64,000 bases of DNA from Eledone cirrhosa (GCA_964016885.1 OZ024741.1:214768001-214832000), one strand, 5' to 3'; positions 39,716-53,296 are shown, numbered from the stretch's first letter. Notes: generated from the sequence alone by a model not told the origin. A program made the numbers and translations.

Positions 39716-40035
39716 CTGTGCAAGAGAAGGAGAGGGAGAAAATTAACCGATACCAGGACTTAAAATGGGAGGTAAAAAGGATTTGGAACTGCCATGAAGT
39801 CAAAGTGGTCCCGATTGTCATAGGCGCACTAGGTACTATCTCAACAAGTTTCCAGGGATGGTTAAAGAAAATTGGCCCCGCCCCGTTTTTGAAACACTTC
39901 AAAAGGCATGCTTGCTGGGAACAGCAAGAACTCTCCGATAAGTCCTGAATATCTGAGGCTGCAGGTAGTGGCTTGATATTCATTTCAACAAACTTTCCAG
40001 TTAACTAACATCAATGACTGAGATTCAAAGAAAAT

Positions 40036-40077
<42 letters not shown>
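39716..40077 (+). mobile_element. Short R4 family 1 3' fragment (duplicate at 43270-43631)
   Basis: QEKEREKINRYQDLKWEV, 3'UTR and (TAA)n. Confidence 0.88.
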
Positions 40078-40078
<1 letters not shown>

Positions 40079-40549
40079 TTTTCTTTATTAACCACAAGGG
40101 TTCACATAAAGTAGACATTAAGGACAGTACAGGACAATACAGGACGGTACAAATGGGCATTTCTGCGTGTAAAAAAACAGAGGTTGAAATAAAATAACAA
40201 AGAAAAATTCCCCAATAGGGGGGAGACTTCCAAGGGACATTTGTGGAGAAAGCCCATTAAAAGACCACAGTGGCCCTGACCACCAGGGCAAGTGCCCTCT
40301 CCCAGTTTTCCACCTTTAATTTACAGACACATACTCAGAAAAGGCCCATTCATTCGGGCCATACTTGCTTCTCTCACCCATCTTTCAACAAAATGCTGGG
40401 AAGAGAGCACTTCCCTCTCTACCCTGATTTTCCTTTTCAAATGAAATTTGAAAAAGTTAATCAGGGAATCACCGAAGAGGTAAGTGCTCGTCTTCAGCCC
40501 TTTCAAACGTGTCCACCATACTATCTCTTTCGCCATGGCCACCAGACAG
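40078..40549 (-). mobile_element. Second Tx1-like LINE 3' fragment, diverged subfamily (duplicate at 43632-44103)
   Basis: Homologous to 38801-39281 with many substitutions; (ATT)n tail. Confidence 0.8.
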
Positions 40550-40557
40550 ATAATAAT

Positions 40558-42355
40558 AAAGTCTGGTGATCTTCAGAGTGGCAGATAACATCAGACAGTT
40601 GCTGGGCAGGAGTATGGGGTCCTGGGAGACAGAGTTGACATCAACTGGAGTATCCTTGGGAAGCGTGAAGATCAAGAGAGGTATCTTCCAGGGAGATAGC
40701 CTGTCCCCTCTGTTGTTTGTCCTTGCCCTGATGCCCTTGACCATTATGCTGCGAAAAGTGAGAGCAGGATACAAGTTGGGAAAGGGAGAGCTTACCATCA
40801 ATCACCTCCTCTTCATGGACGATCTTAAGCTCTTCGGGAAAAGTGAGAAGGAGTTGGATGTGCTTGTTGACACTGTCCGTATTTTCAGCAGTGATATATG
40901 TATGCAGTTTGGTATTAGTAAATGTGGAGTCATTGTGATGATGAGGGGTAGGTTGAGCAGAAGTAACGGGATCCAGATACCAACAGGTGAGATGATAAAG
41001 GAAATTGACTCTGAGGAAGGATACAAGTATTTGGGCGTTCTGGAGGCTGATGGCATAAAGAACAAAAAAATGAAGGAATTGTTAAGAACTGAATACATTC
41101 GGAGAGTAAGGAGCGTATTGAAGTCACATCTGAACAGCAGAAATGCCATAAGCGCAGTAAATTCCCGAGCTGTGTCTATTATTAGGTACAGTGCGGGAAT
41201 TCTGAGATGGAATGTTGCTGAACAAAAAGAAATGGATAGGAAGACTAGGAAGCTATTGACTATCTACAACATGTTCCACAAGAGGAGTGATGTCGATAGA
41301 CTCTACCTAAGGAGATCTGAGGGTGGAAGAGGTCTTATCAGCATAGAGGACTGTGTTCAGATAGAGAAAAACAACCTATACAAATACGTGACCTATAGTA
41401 AGGAGCCAATGCTCAGAACTGTACTGAAGGAGGGGACAGTAGGCCAGGGGATGTCCAAGGAGGAAATAACATCAAGGAGGAAGAGCAGCCTTAAGGGAAA
41501 ATCCCTTCATAGTACCTTCTTTGAGAAAACTGAATTTAGAGATCCACAGACATGGAACTGGTTGAGAAGAGGAGACCTCAAAAAGGCTACAGAAGGAATG
41601 CTAATGGCTGCGCAGGAGCAGGCCCTCAAAACGAAGTGGTTGAAGCACCATATCTACAAGGAGGAGGCTAGCCCACTGTGCAGGATCTGTGGAGAGAGAG
41701 AGGAGACTGTGGCTCACATTGTGTCCGAGTGTAAACACCTAGCCCAGACCCATTATAAGGGCTGGAGACACGATGTGATGGGCAGGGTGATCCACTGGCA
41801 CCTGTGCAAAGTAAACAATCTACCACATTCTGAGAAATGGTATGAGCATAGGCCAGAGGCGGTGATGGAGAACAGTCAGGTGAAGGTGCTGTGGGATTTT
41901 AGGATACAGACGGACAAAAAACTGGAACTCAATAGACCTGACCTGGTGGTTGTGGACAAAGTAAAAAGATCGTGCCTGATTGTGGATGTGGCCTGCCCGT
42001 TCGACACGAGAGTGCAAGAGAAGGAGAGGGAGAAAATTAACCGATACCAGGACCTAAAGTGGGAGGTGAAAAGGATTTGGAACTGCCATGAAGTCAAAGT
42101 GATCCCGATTGTCATAGGCGCACTGGGGACTATCTCCAAAGGTTTCCAGGGATGGTTAAAGAAAATCGGCCCCTTCACGCTTTTTGGAACGCTTCAAAAG
42201 GCATGCTTGCTTGGAACAGCAAGAACCCTCCGATACGTCCTGAATATCTGAGGCTGCAGGTAGTGGCTTGATATTCAATCCAACGGACTTTCCAGTTAAC
42301 CAACATCAATGACTGAGATTCAAGGAATAACAATAACAATAATAATAATAATAAT
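40558..42355 (+). mobile_element. R4 family 1 copy F (ORF 40566-42251), chimera of copies G and E
   Basis: 5' variants match G, 3' variants match E. Confidence 0.9.
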
Positions 42356-43589
42356 GATTTCTTTATTAACCACAAGGGTTTACATAAAGTAGACATTAAG
42401 GACAGTGCAGGAAAATACAGGACGGTACAAATGGGCATTTCTGCGTGTAAAAAACAAAAACAGAGGATGTAACAAAAAATAACAAGGAAAAATTCTCCAA
42501 TAGGGGGGAGACTTCGGAGGGACATTTGTGGAGAAAGCCCAGTAAAAGGCCACAGTGACCCTGACCACCAAGGCAAGTGCCCTCTCCCAGTTTTCCACCT
42601 TTAATTTACAGATACGTACTCAGAGTAGGCCCATTCACTCGGGCCATTCTTGCTTCTCTCACCCATCTTTCAACAAAATGCTGGGAAGAGAGCACTTCCC
42701 TCTCTACTCTGATTTTCCTTTTCAAATGAAATTTGAAAAAGTCAATCAGGGCTTCACCGAAGAGGTAAGTACTCGTCTTCAGCCCTTTCAAACGTGTCCA
42801 CCATACTATCACTTTCGCCATGGCCACCAGACAGATAAAAACTGCCTGCCCTTCCCTGCTAAAGGAAGAGGGCGGGGCAATCCTCACGATGGACTCAGAT
42901 GATAGCCGGATCCGTCCTACACGCGACAGCAGGTGTTCGACATAAACCCACAAGTCAGCAATTTTCGGACACTGGACGAGTGCGTGCAGGACGGTTTCGT
43001 CGCCCTGCGCGCATCTCGGACATGCCCGGTTGACGGCACCTCCATGCCTGTAGAGTTTATCCCGAACTGGCAAGGCTCCTCGGTAGCATTGCCAGGCCGG
43101 AGATTTCTGGAAGTTGTCCATAGGTCCCGGCCCGAAAGTTCTTCCGAAGAGATTGGCTAGTTGATTTTCGTCGACGCCTAGAGTTTCCCCAAGTACGTCG
43201 TCGCTCTTCCCCTCCACTAATCCTCTATAGAACGCCGTGCGTGGAGATATTTTTTAAAGTGAGGAAAGACTGTGCAAGAGAAGGAGAGGGAGAAAATTAA
43301 CCGATACCAGGACTTAAAATGGGAGGTAAAAAGGATTTGGAACTGCCATGAAGTCAAAGTGGTCCCGATTGTCATAGGCGCACTAGGTACTATCTCAACA
43401 AGTTTCCAGGGATGGTTAAAGAAAATTGGCCCCGCCCCGTTTTTGAAACACTTCAAAAGGCATGCTTGCTGGGAACAGCAAGAACTCTCCGATAAGTCCT
43501 GAATATCTGAGGCTGCAGGTAGTGGCTTGATATTCATTTCAACAAACTTTCCAGTTAACTAACATCAATGACTGAGATTCAAAGAAAAT

Positions 43590-43632
<43 letters not shown>

Positions 43633-44111
43633 TTTTCTTTATTAACCACAAGGGTTCACATAAAGTAGACATTAAGGACAGTACAGGACAATACAGGACG
43701 GTACAAATGGGCATTTCTGCGTGTAAAAAAACAGAGGTTGAAATAAAATAACAAAGAAAAATTCCCCAATAGGGGGGAGACTTCCAAGGGACATTTGTGG
43801 AGAAAGCCCATTAAAAGACCACAGTGGCCCTGACCACCAGGGCAAGTGCCCTCTCCCAGTTTTCCACCTTTAATTTACAGACACATACTCAGAAAAGGCC
43901 CATTCATTCGGGCCATACTTGCTTCTCTCACCCATCTTTCAACAAAATGCTGGGAAGAGAGCACTTCCCTCTCTACCCTGATTTTCCTTTTCAAATGAAA
44001 TTTGAAAAAGTTAATCAGGGAATCACCGAAGAGGTAAGTGCTCGTCTTCAGCCCTTTCAAACGTGTCCACCATACTATCTCTTTCGCCATGGCCACCAGA
44101 CAGATAATAAT

Positions 44112-45915
44112 AAAGTCTGGTGATCTTCAGAGTGGCAGATAACATCAGACAGTTGCTGGGCAGGAGTATGGGGTCCTGGGAGACAGAGTTGACATCAACT
44201 GGAGTATCCTTGGGAAGCGTGAAGATCAAGAGAGGTATCTTCCAGGGAGATAGCCTGTCCCCTCTGTTGTTTGTCCTTGCCCTGATGCCCTTGACCATTA
44301 TGCTGCGAAAAGTGAGAGCAGGATACAAGTTGGGAAAGGGAGAGCTTACCATCAATCACCTCCTCTTCATGGACGATCTTAAGCTCTTCGGGAAAAGTGA
44401 GAAGGAGTTGGATGTGCTTGTTGACACTGTCCGTATTTTCAGCAGTGATATATGTATGCAGTTTGGTATTAGTAAATGTGGAGTCATTGTGATGATGAGG
44501 GGTAGGTTGAGCAGAAGTAACGGGATCCAGATACCAACAGGTGAGATGATAAAGGAAATTGACTCTGAGGAAGGATACAAGTATTTGGGCGTTCTGGAGG
44601 CTGATGGCATAAAGAACAAAAAAATGAAGGAATTGTTAAGAACTGAATACATTCGGAGAGTAAGGAGCGTATTGAAGTCACATCTGAACAGCAGAAATGC
44701 CATAAGCGCAGTAAATTCCCGAGCTGTGTCTATTATTAGGTACAGTGCGGGAATTCTGAGATGGAATGTTGCTGAACAGAAAGAAATGGATAGGAAGACT
44801 AGGAAGCTATTGACTATCTACAATATGTTCCACAAGAGGAGTGATGTCGATAGACTCTACCTAAGGAGATCTGAGGGTGGAAGAGGTCTTATCCGCATAG
44901 AGGACTGTGTTCAGATGGAGAAAAACAACCTATACAAATACGTGACCTATAGTAAGGAGCCAATGCTCAGAGCTGTACTGAAGGAGGGGACAGTAGGCCA
45001 GGGGATGTCCAAGGAGGAAATAACATCAAGGAGGAAGAGCAGCCTTAAGGGAAAATCCCTTCATAGTACCTTCTTTGAGAAAACTGAATTTAGAGATCCA
45101 CAGACATGGAACTGGTTGAGAAGAGGAGACCTCAAAAAGGCTACAGAAGGAATGCTAATGGCTGCGCAGGAGCAGGCCCTCAAAACGAAGTGGTTGAAAC
45201 ACCATATTTACAAGGAGGAGGCTAGCCCACTGTGCAGGATCTGTGGAGAGAGAGAGGAGACTGTGGCTCACATTGTGTCCGAGTGTAAACACCTAGCCCA
45301 GACCCACTATAAGGGCTAGAGACACGATGTGATGGGCAGGGTGATCCACTGGCACCTGTGCAAAGTAAACAATCTACCACATTCTGAGAAATGGTATGAG
45401 CATAGGCCAGAGGCGGTGATGGAGAACAATCAGGTGAAGGTGCTGTGGGATTTTAGGATACAGACGGACAAAAAACTAGAACACAATAGACCTGACCTGG
45501 TGGTTGTGGACAAAGAAAAAAGATCGTGTCTGATTGTGGATGTGGCCTGCCCTTTCGACACGAGAGTGCAAGAGAAGGAGAGGGAGAAAATTAACCGATA
45601 CCAGGACCTAAAGTGGGAGGTGAAAAGGATTTGGAACTGCCATGAAGTCAAAGTGATCCCGATTGTCATAGGCGCACTGGGGACTATCTCCAAAAGTTTC
45701 CAGGGATGGTTAAAGAGAAACGGCCCCTTCACGCTTTTTGGAACGCTTCAAAAGGCATGCTTGCTTGGAACAGCAAGAACCCTCCGATACGTCCTGAATA
45801 TCTGAGGCTGCAGGTAGTGGCTTGATATTCATTCCAACGGACTTTCCAGTTAACCAACATCAATGACTGAGATTCAAGGAATAACAACAATAATAATAAT
45901 AATAATAATAATAAT
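44112..45915 (+). mobile_element. R4 family 1 copy G with premature stop
   Basis: ORFs 44120-45319 and 45329-45805; TGG>TAG at 45317-45319. Confidence 0.9.
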
Positions 45916-46085
45916 TGTTTCTAATTTTGGCACAAGGCCAGCAATTATCCCAGTGTATTACTGGTACTTTATATTATCGACCCCGTAAGGATGAAAGGCA
46001 AAGTTAAGCTCTGCGGGATTTGAACTCAGACCATAAAGGGCCTTAACTCTTTACTGCAAAGCATGGCGTCCGATCTTCTACTGAT
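45913..46085 (-). mobile_element. Full-length Meta-like tRNA SINE inserted in (TAA)n
   Basis: Same family as 3213-3397; TAA repeats on both sides. Confidence 0.8.
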
Positions 46086-46125
46086 ACTACCAATCTACCG
46101 CCCTTATAATAATAATAATAATAAT

Positions 46126-46350
46126 GATTTCATTTATTGGCCACAAGGGCCGACATGTAGGGGACAATACAAAGACAGGGACAGTGGGGGTTTACAATAA
46201 GCTAGAGTAAAGGTGCACAATGGCAAGACTAATTTAACATTGAAGATATAACAAATATAAAATAAACTATGCATAATTATAACAAAATATATTCCGCTAG
46301 GGGGGGGGGGGCTGGTGTGACCCAGGTACCCCACTAATCCTGCGATTCTT
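46126..46350 (-). mobile_element. 3' end of another Tx1-like family
   Basis: Minus strand ends GGCCCTTGTGGCCAATAAATGAAATC(ATT)n, resembling the tail at 38801. Confidence 0.5.
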
Positions 46351-46532
46351 GCTAGACACTACGGCTTAATACGGGATGTTTGTTTACAAACCCACCGAGC
46401 ATTATAATAAATGTTCGGTGAATCCATACGTACATATATATATGTGTGCATGCATGTATATATATAATATACTACTGTACGTCTGTATACATATATGTAT
46501 GCACGTGTACATACTTATATATATATATATAT

Positions 46533-46950
46533 AGTCTTTTCGGAAGCCTCAACAAGGCAGATGGGTATACCTCCGGGTAACAGAATCCGGGAGTGAAGAG
46601 AGAGATGTAAGAGGAAATGTACACAAACGGCGGACAACAGAGGCCACGTACCGTTCCTCTCCGACTAAAAACTTTCCCCCTCTGAAAAAACCCCAGTTGA
46701 TGGATGCGAAATCCGAAATATAGGGACAATTAAATCTTTTCCAAGGTAACCCGATCTCGTGTTATTATTTGTACGCTCTTTCCTACTTTCCTCTCCACAC
46801 TAAACGTCCCATTCTATATTTCCTCTCACATCTCTCTCTTCACCACCGGATTTTGTTACCCGGAGATTTCCCCATCTGCACTGTTGAGGCTTCCAAAACG
46901 ACCAAATTTTTTATTATTCCACAATGCTGCAAGCAAACGTCAATACTCTC
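46533..46950. mobile_element. TA-flanked diverged inverted-repeat element with degenerate hammerhead
   Basis: 46540-46630 inverted at ~46800-46895; CCC-CAGTTGA-T-GGAT/ATCC-GAA-ATAT-A-GGG at 46691-46725. Confidence 0.55.
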
Positions 46951-47550
46951 TTATATATATATATTGACATTCGTTACGGGGTCGATAAAATAAAGTACCA
47001 GTAATGCCCTGGGTAATTGCTGGCTAAGTGCCAAAAGTAGAAACAATTAATATATAAAAAATATTAACTATATTTAATATTTAATAAAAATATTAATTAT
47101 ATTTTTTTAGAGGAGGGCCTCAAATATCATATTGCTTTGGGACACAGCAGGCGGAAATCAGGTCCTGAATAAATTGACCAAGGGATCTCAACGAGGCATG
47201 ATTGAATTCAGAAACATACGTTTGTGCGGTGAACGCCTTAACCACGCAGGTATGCCTGGGCCTATTTTCAAAGATTTAAACAAAAATTAATAATAATTCA
47301 TAGAACACAAATATTTGCATTAACAATTCCTGCAGTCTGTGAGAGTTTGATCAGCTTAGTTGATTAGAAGCAATATTAGTGAGTGCGTATGAGAAACGTT
47401 TATTGTGTATGAAAAACAAAAAAGATATATACAATAAACATGTCTTCTTGCAGTATATTTTCGTTTTTTTTTTCTTTCAACTATGACAATCAATTTTAAT
47501 TTGAAGTATTAGTTGAATCAATTAAAGGCTTTTAACACACTCCATTTTGT

Positions 47551-47614
<64 letters not shown>

Positions 47615-47635
47615 TGCATAAATGCATATATATAA

Positions 47636-47710
<75 letters not shown>

Positions 47711-48016
47711 TATATATATAAATATGCATAAATGCATTAATATATATATACATATGCATATACATGGATGTGTATATGTATATATGTATATATATATATG
47801 TGTGTGTGTGTGTGTGCGTGTGTGTGTGTGTGAGTGTGTGTGTGTATGTGTGTGTGTGTGTGCGTGTATTTCTCTTTTGTATATGAAACACAGCTCAGCA
47901 TGCCGTGAGTAGACGGGAAATGTTGGGTTGCTTGCTGAATTACGCATGCGTAGTTCTATGCGAAGTGATGAAGTGCTGAAGGTGGATGTGTTGTTGTTGT
48001 TCTTCTTCTTCTTCTT

Positions 48017-48047
<31 letters not shown>

Positions 48048-48740
48048 AGAGCGAAATTGAATAATAACTTGCGCCCCTCGTCTACACACACAATTGGACC
48101 TCATAAATCATACTGACGAGCCAGGTGTTAGAAAATCTAAGCGAATAGTTGTCTGTATATGTGTGTTTGTGTGTGTGTGTGTTTGTGCGCGCGTATATCT
48201 GGCTTTGCATGTGTGTATGTGTATGTATGTTCATATGGGTGTATGTGTTTATGTGCCTGCTTCTATATGCGTCTGCAAATGTGTGTATGCTGTATGCGAT
48301 GTGTGCTATCGCAATATATTCGCAACATCGTGATGACTGGTGTATTCTCACTTGTCTGAGTATAAAGCTTGTTCCCAGCATCAGAGATAATTGGAAGTTG
48401 ACAGTGTCGTTCATCATTTAGAGAAGAAGAAGAAAAGGGCACCACGGTCTTTTACATTACATGAACATTGAATAATAATAGTTTAAGAAAATGTTTCACT
48501 TATTTATACTCGGATCAATGATGGATGTTAAAATGAGGAGTCAATTTGCTTACGTAACCTTCACGATGTTTTATAAATGCCTTGTTATACTTTTATATAT
48601 TTTTCCAAGCAGGGAAAACTTTTATATTGCGTTTCTATTTCTACATATTTTTGCTGGCAATTATTGATTTGATTGTATGTCTGCATGTACACATAGATAG
48701 ATAGTTAAATAGATATACAAGTATACATACATATATACAT

Positions 48741-48769
<29 letters not shown>

Positions 48770-48772
<3 letters not shown>

Positions 48773-48915
48773 TTAGTCCAGAATTAGCCGTCGAAACGGC
48801 TTGAGCTCAGCCGTCGGAGACCTACTTGTTCCTATTACCCACTCTACTACTCTAAATATTGAGTACTTTGGTGCGTTATGGTCCATAGGGTTCCTTACCA
48901 CATTTCCTTCGTTAT
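48770..48915. repeat. Short dispersed TA-flanked repeat family (GCCGTCGAAACGGCTTGAGCTC)
   Basis: Copies at ~12149-12215, 53846-54020, 57873-57935, 59720-59895, some with fold-back ends. Confidence 0.75.
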
Positions 48916-49315
48916 ATATATATATATACTACACCTCTATACTTACTCTGGAGAACCTACAGTAACTGGACATTACAATCCCTATATATATATTTTTTTT
49001 TATATGCGTGCATATATATATATGCGTGCATATATATATATGCGTGCATATATATATATGCACGCATGCATGCATTTATGTATGAATATGTACATGTAAA
49101 ATGTAAAAACCACGCCACTGATGTTATCCAAGTGAAAGGCAAAGGTCGTTTCATCTTGACACCAGTAGTGTCACAACACATTTCTACAGCTGAGTGGACC
49201 GGAGCAACGTAAAAGAAACGGTTTTACCGCCGAAGGATACAACGGCTCGGCCGGCCTGTAATCGAATTCACAACTTCACAATTGTGAACTCAATGCTCTA
49301 GCCTTCACCATGCAC

Positions 49316-49355
<40 letters not shown>

Positions 49356-49371
49356 ATACATAAATATATAT

Positions 49372-49418
<47 letters not shown>

Positions 49419-49432
49419 CATATATATATCTA

Positions 49433-49517
<85 letters not shown>

Positions 49518-49595
49518 ATATATATATATACAGAAGATCCCGTTAAGGGTGAAAGCAGCGATTCTTTGCTTAAACTTTAATCTGTTATTTTAATA

Positions 49596-49696
<101 letters not shown>

Positions 49697-50039
49697 ATAC
49701 TTTGGGAGGGTCATGTTGCCAATAAGAAACGCGCACCAGTTGCTTTCACTCCAATTTATTGTAAAGTAACAATTTTTTTTTTAAACTTTAAAAAGTTTAA
49801 AAAAATAAAATAAAAAGAATTTAATAAAAAAAAAAGAAATTTATAAATTTCCGGTTGGTTGGTTGGTTGGTTCCACAACCAATTTATAAGGAATTGGAGT
49901 GAAAGCAACTGGTGCGTGTGTTTCTTATTGGCAACATGACCCTCCCAAGGTATAACAATATCGGTTTCAACACACGTTTTCAGATAAAGAATCTTGCTAA
50001 ACAAATCCAGAAACAAAATATATATATATATATATATAT

Positions 50040-52810
50040 AAATTAATAAAAACAAGTTCCTTATATTAAAAAATTCATCATTTTACGATCGTTTCTAGAA
50101 TATATATGTGTGTTGGTATGTATATCATATAGATCTATGTAAAAATATTACAAACTATCAGAGGAAATATACATACCTTCACATATATATGCTGTCTTCA
50201 GAAATGATGAGATTTGTTTATTGAAAAAAACCAACAAAGATTTAATATATTAGGTCTGTTTGGGAACAGGTTTTGAATTGACCAATAGAAAAGTAGTAAG
50301 AGGTCAAGTTGATAGAATAGTAGTAGTAGAAATTTAATTTAGGGGTAGATGAATGCAGACTTATGTTTTGAATGGAAAGAATACTTTGAATGAAAAGAAT
50401 ACTTTGGGGTGAAAAGAGGTCAAGCCAGTGAAAGGTACACGAAAATTTGATGTTATTAAAGAATAATGTTAAAAACGAAGGAGAGGAAAATTTAAGGGTA
50501 AGGGTATTAGTGAGAAATACCAATCTTATTTAAACCACAAGGAATTTAGATCTATAACAAGAAATTAAATTAATTGATACGTATACTTATAGGGATAAAT
50601 TTATATTAATTCATATGGATGTGATAAATAAGAATTAGATGTTATTAAAGAATGTTGTTAAAAACGAATCAAAATAAAATTTTGAGATAAGGGTTGTAGT
50701 GAGAAATACCAATCTTATATAAACTACAAGTGATCTAGATTCATAACAAGGAATTAAATTAATTTATAGGTATACTTTTAGGTATTAATTTTAGGAAAAG
50801 AGAGTTGTAAGAGGGAAATAAAATTATGAAGTTCTCTGTAGTAAAGTACAAATTATAGGTTAACTGAATTTAAAAAAAATAATTATAATAATATGTAAAA
50901 TATAAGTGTAAGGTGTATATTAATTAGGTTTATAATATTTGAAGGTTCTTCTAATTCTATAATTGCAAGATATAATTAATTCTTGTCGCTTATTTAATAG
51001 GATATCCTTAGATTTCATTATTTCAAAAAGTTCCTGCGAGCAAAATCTACACTCATATCTGTTATTTTGATAAGGGGTGGACCTTTTGAGCACACTCCAG
51101 GTCAGGTTGTAATCGATATTCCTTTTTCTATAATTATTAATTGTTTCAGCCAAGGATGTTGTATTATCTTATGCGGCATTTTAAAAACTATGTTTGTGGG
51201 TATGAAATCTTACTTTAAATTGGTTAGACCTAGCTCCTATATATGAATAAGTGGAGTCTTTAGTGCTAATTTTACATTTATAGACTGTTATTAATAAGAC
51301 AATTTCCCTTTAATGGGCAATTTCTTTTGTTTCTACAGTTACAACCATTCGTGAATATTATATCAGAGGAGTTAGTCAAATTTGGTGTGGAATTTACTCG
51401 ACTTGTTATATATGAAGGAGATGGTGGTTTGTTGCGGTTTATTTTAGTATTATGGTTGGTTTGATGTGTTGGTGGTATAATCGTGTTTTTTTAACTTTTA
51501 TATGCGTTGTACGCACTTATATTTTGTTGTATATTTTTGGTAGTGGAGTAGGACAATTTGACAGTTGATCTACTTAAAATTTGATGGTATTTATAGTTTG
51601 GCGGGAAGTTTTTCTCAAGGATAGTAAAACATTTTTAATTTGTAGATTAAATGGAGCATTATACAAAGTAACTCGTCTATTACGGTTTCGATATTGTTTT
51701 TTATATTTATACGATGTATCAGGATCTTTACTAAGAGAGTAACTAATAGTGAATGTATTATATATAGGTTTAGTTAGATTAACTGGTTTAGGTGTTTTAG
51801 TCTGATTATTAGGAATTTTGTTTGTAATGTTGTTAACATATATTGGAGTGTTAGGATGAATGGTTTTTTGAAAGTTATTATATTTTATGTGAGAAGAAAT
51901 TAAGTTTTAGGTTGGTATTTGGGGTGTAGTGTGAGTGGCATTTAGGTGTGGGTTTTTCATTTGGTGCTTGTTGGTAATATTTGGTTTTTCATTTGGTGCT
52001 TGTTGGTAATATTTGGTTGTATGTTTGAAGTATTATTGGTGCAAGGTATATAGACTAATTTGTTTTTGTGGCCGCTTCTAGCTAAAGCTTCGTTATAAAA
52101 GGGCTCGTTTTTATCGAATACATCCTGGTTAGATGAAAGGTTAGAGATTCCTAGTGAGATATTATATGCTAGGTTTTTAAGGATAGATCTAGGGTAATTG
52201 GATTGTGAGTGTATGTAATGTAAGTTTTGGTTAGTTTTATGGTAAGGTTGGTAGATACCCGTGTATATGTCTAAAGTTATATCTAGGAAATTAACTATTT
52301 TACGGGTGTTTTCAAATGTAATAGTGAGATTATAATAGTCTTTGAGGAAAGTTCTAATAAGATTTTTATTTTTTTCAATTTCTGATAGTGGAAAGAAGAA
52401 GACAGTCATCACGATATAAACCACCTTTAAGGTGGGGAAAAGAATAATTTATGTTAAATATAAGAAAGAGGCCCACAAGATCGGTAATTTCGGCAGAATC
52501 ATGTCGAAGAGATTACTAAATTAAATTTCTACTACTACTATTCTATCAACTTGACCTCTTACTACTTTTCTATTGGTCAAATCAAAACCTGTTCTCAAAC
52601 AGACCTATTATATTAAATCTCTGTTGGTTTTTTTCAATAAACAAATCTCATCATTTCTGAAGACAGCATGTATATGTGAAGGTATGTATATTTCCTCTGA
52701 TAGTTTGTAATATTTTTACATAGATCTATATGATATACATACCAACACACAGATATATCCTAGAAACGATCGTAAAATGATGAATTTTTTAATATAAGGA
52801 ACTTGTTCTT
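50040..52810 (-). mobile_element. Degenerate Penelope-like element (possibly Naiad-like) with inverted 3' copy
   Basis: Frameshifted minus-strand RT (DSAEITDLVGL, GLYRDD, VNFLDITLD, YIHSQSN) and C-terminal CNCR..CPL..C, YIG, CRFC..E, LNKRQEL; 50040-50337 inverted at 52518-52810. Confidence 0.8.
52648..52783 (+). ncRNA. Hammerhead motif with ~100 nt stem II (mirror copy 50075-50210, minus strand)
   Basis: TCATCATTT-CTGAAGA-[long hairpin]-GAA-ACGATCGT-A-AAATGATGA; perfect 9 bp stem I. Confidence 0.7.
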
Positions 52811-53079
52811 TGTTTTTATTCATTGTTTTTATTAATTTATCTTGACTCTGTTTTCCTATGATTTTCATCGAACATTTTTGAATGCATCTTCTCTCTTCAT
52901 GATATTTGGATTACATTGATTTCTTCATACGGATTGGACACTACCGTATATTTTGGTAGATTTATCTACATATATATATATATATATATATTAAATATAT
53001 ACGGGGGTCTCCTCCACAAATGTATACAAACTTCAACAACATTCTAATCAAGGTGCGTATACATGTTCATGGGACACCC

Positions 53080-53180
<101 letters not shown>

Positions 53181-53241
53181 AAATAAAATAATTAAATCAA
53201 AGATGTAAAATTTGCCTCCGTTTATTATAAATTATAAATAT

Positions 53242-53296
53242 ACTGCTATATATATTTCGCTGACAGCCATCTTTGGCTGTGACCTCTTCAAGCAGT
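53242..53296 (-). ncRNA. Hammerhead motif with U3 variant
   Basis: Minus strand: ACTGC-TTGAAGA-GGTC-ACAGCCA/TGGCTGT-CAGC-GAAA-TATATA-TA-GCAGT. Confidence 0.55.

Larger units (their letters stand above)
37389..44778. repeat. 3554 bp tandem duplication of the R4/Tx1 nest
   Basis: Matching ORFs offset by exactly 3554 (38697/42251/45805; 39052/42606; 40566/44120). Confidence 0.9.

Noticed and set aside
28116-45732. Many minus-strand ORFs over the R4 copies
   Set aside because: Antisense shadows of the RT-RLE frame; only 39052-39663, 40321-40542 and their duplicates are real LINE coding remnants.
51290-51350. Selenocysteine-type PLE
   Set aside because: The visible conserved Cys codons are TGT/TGC, and the copy is too degraded to infer recoding.
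50040-52810. DNA transposon with long TIRs (also 17246-19719, 6362-7565)
   Set aside because: The inverted repeats are copies of the 3' end and the interiors encode RT/GIY-YIG, not a transposase.
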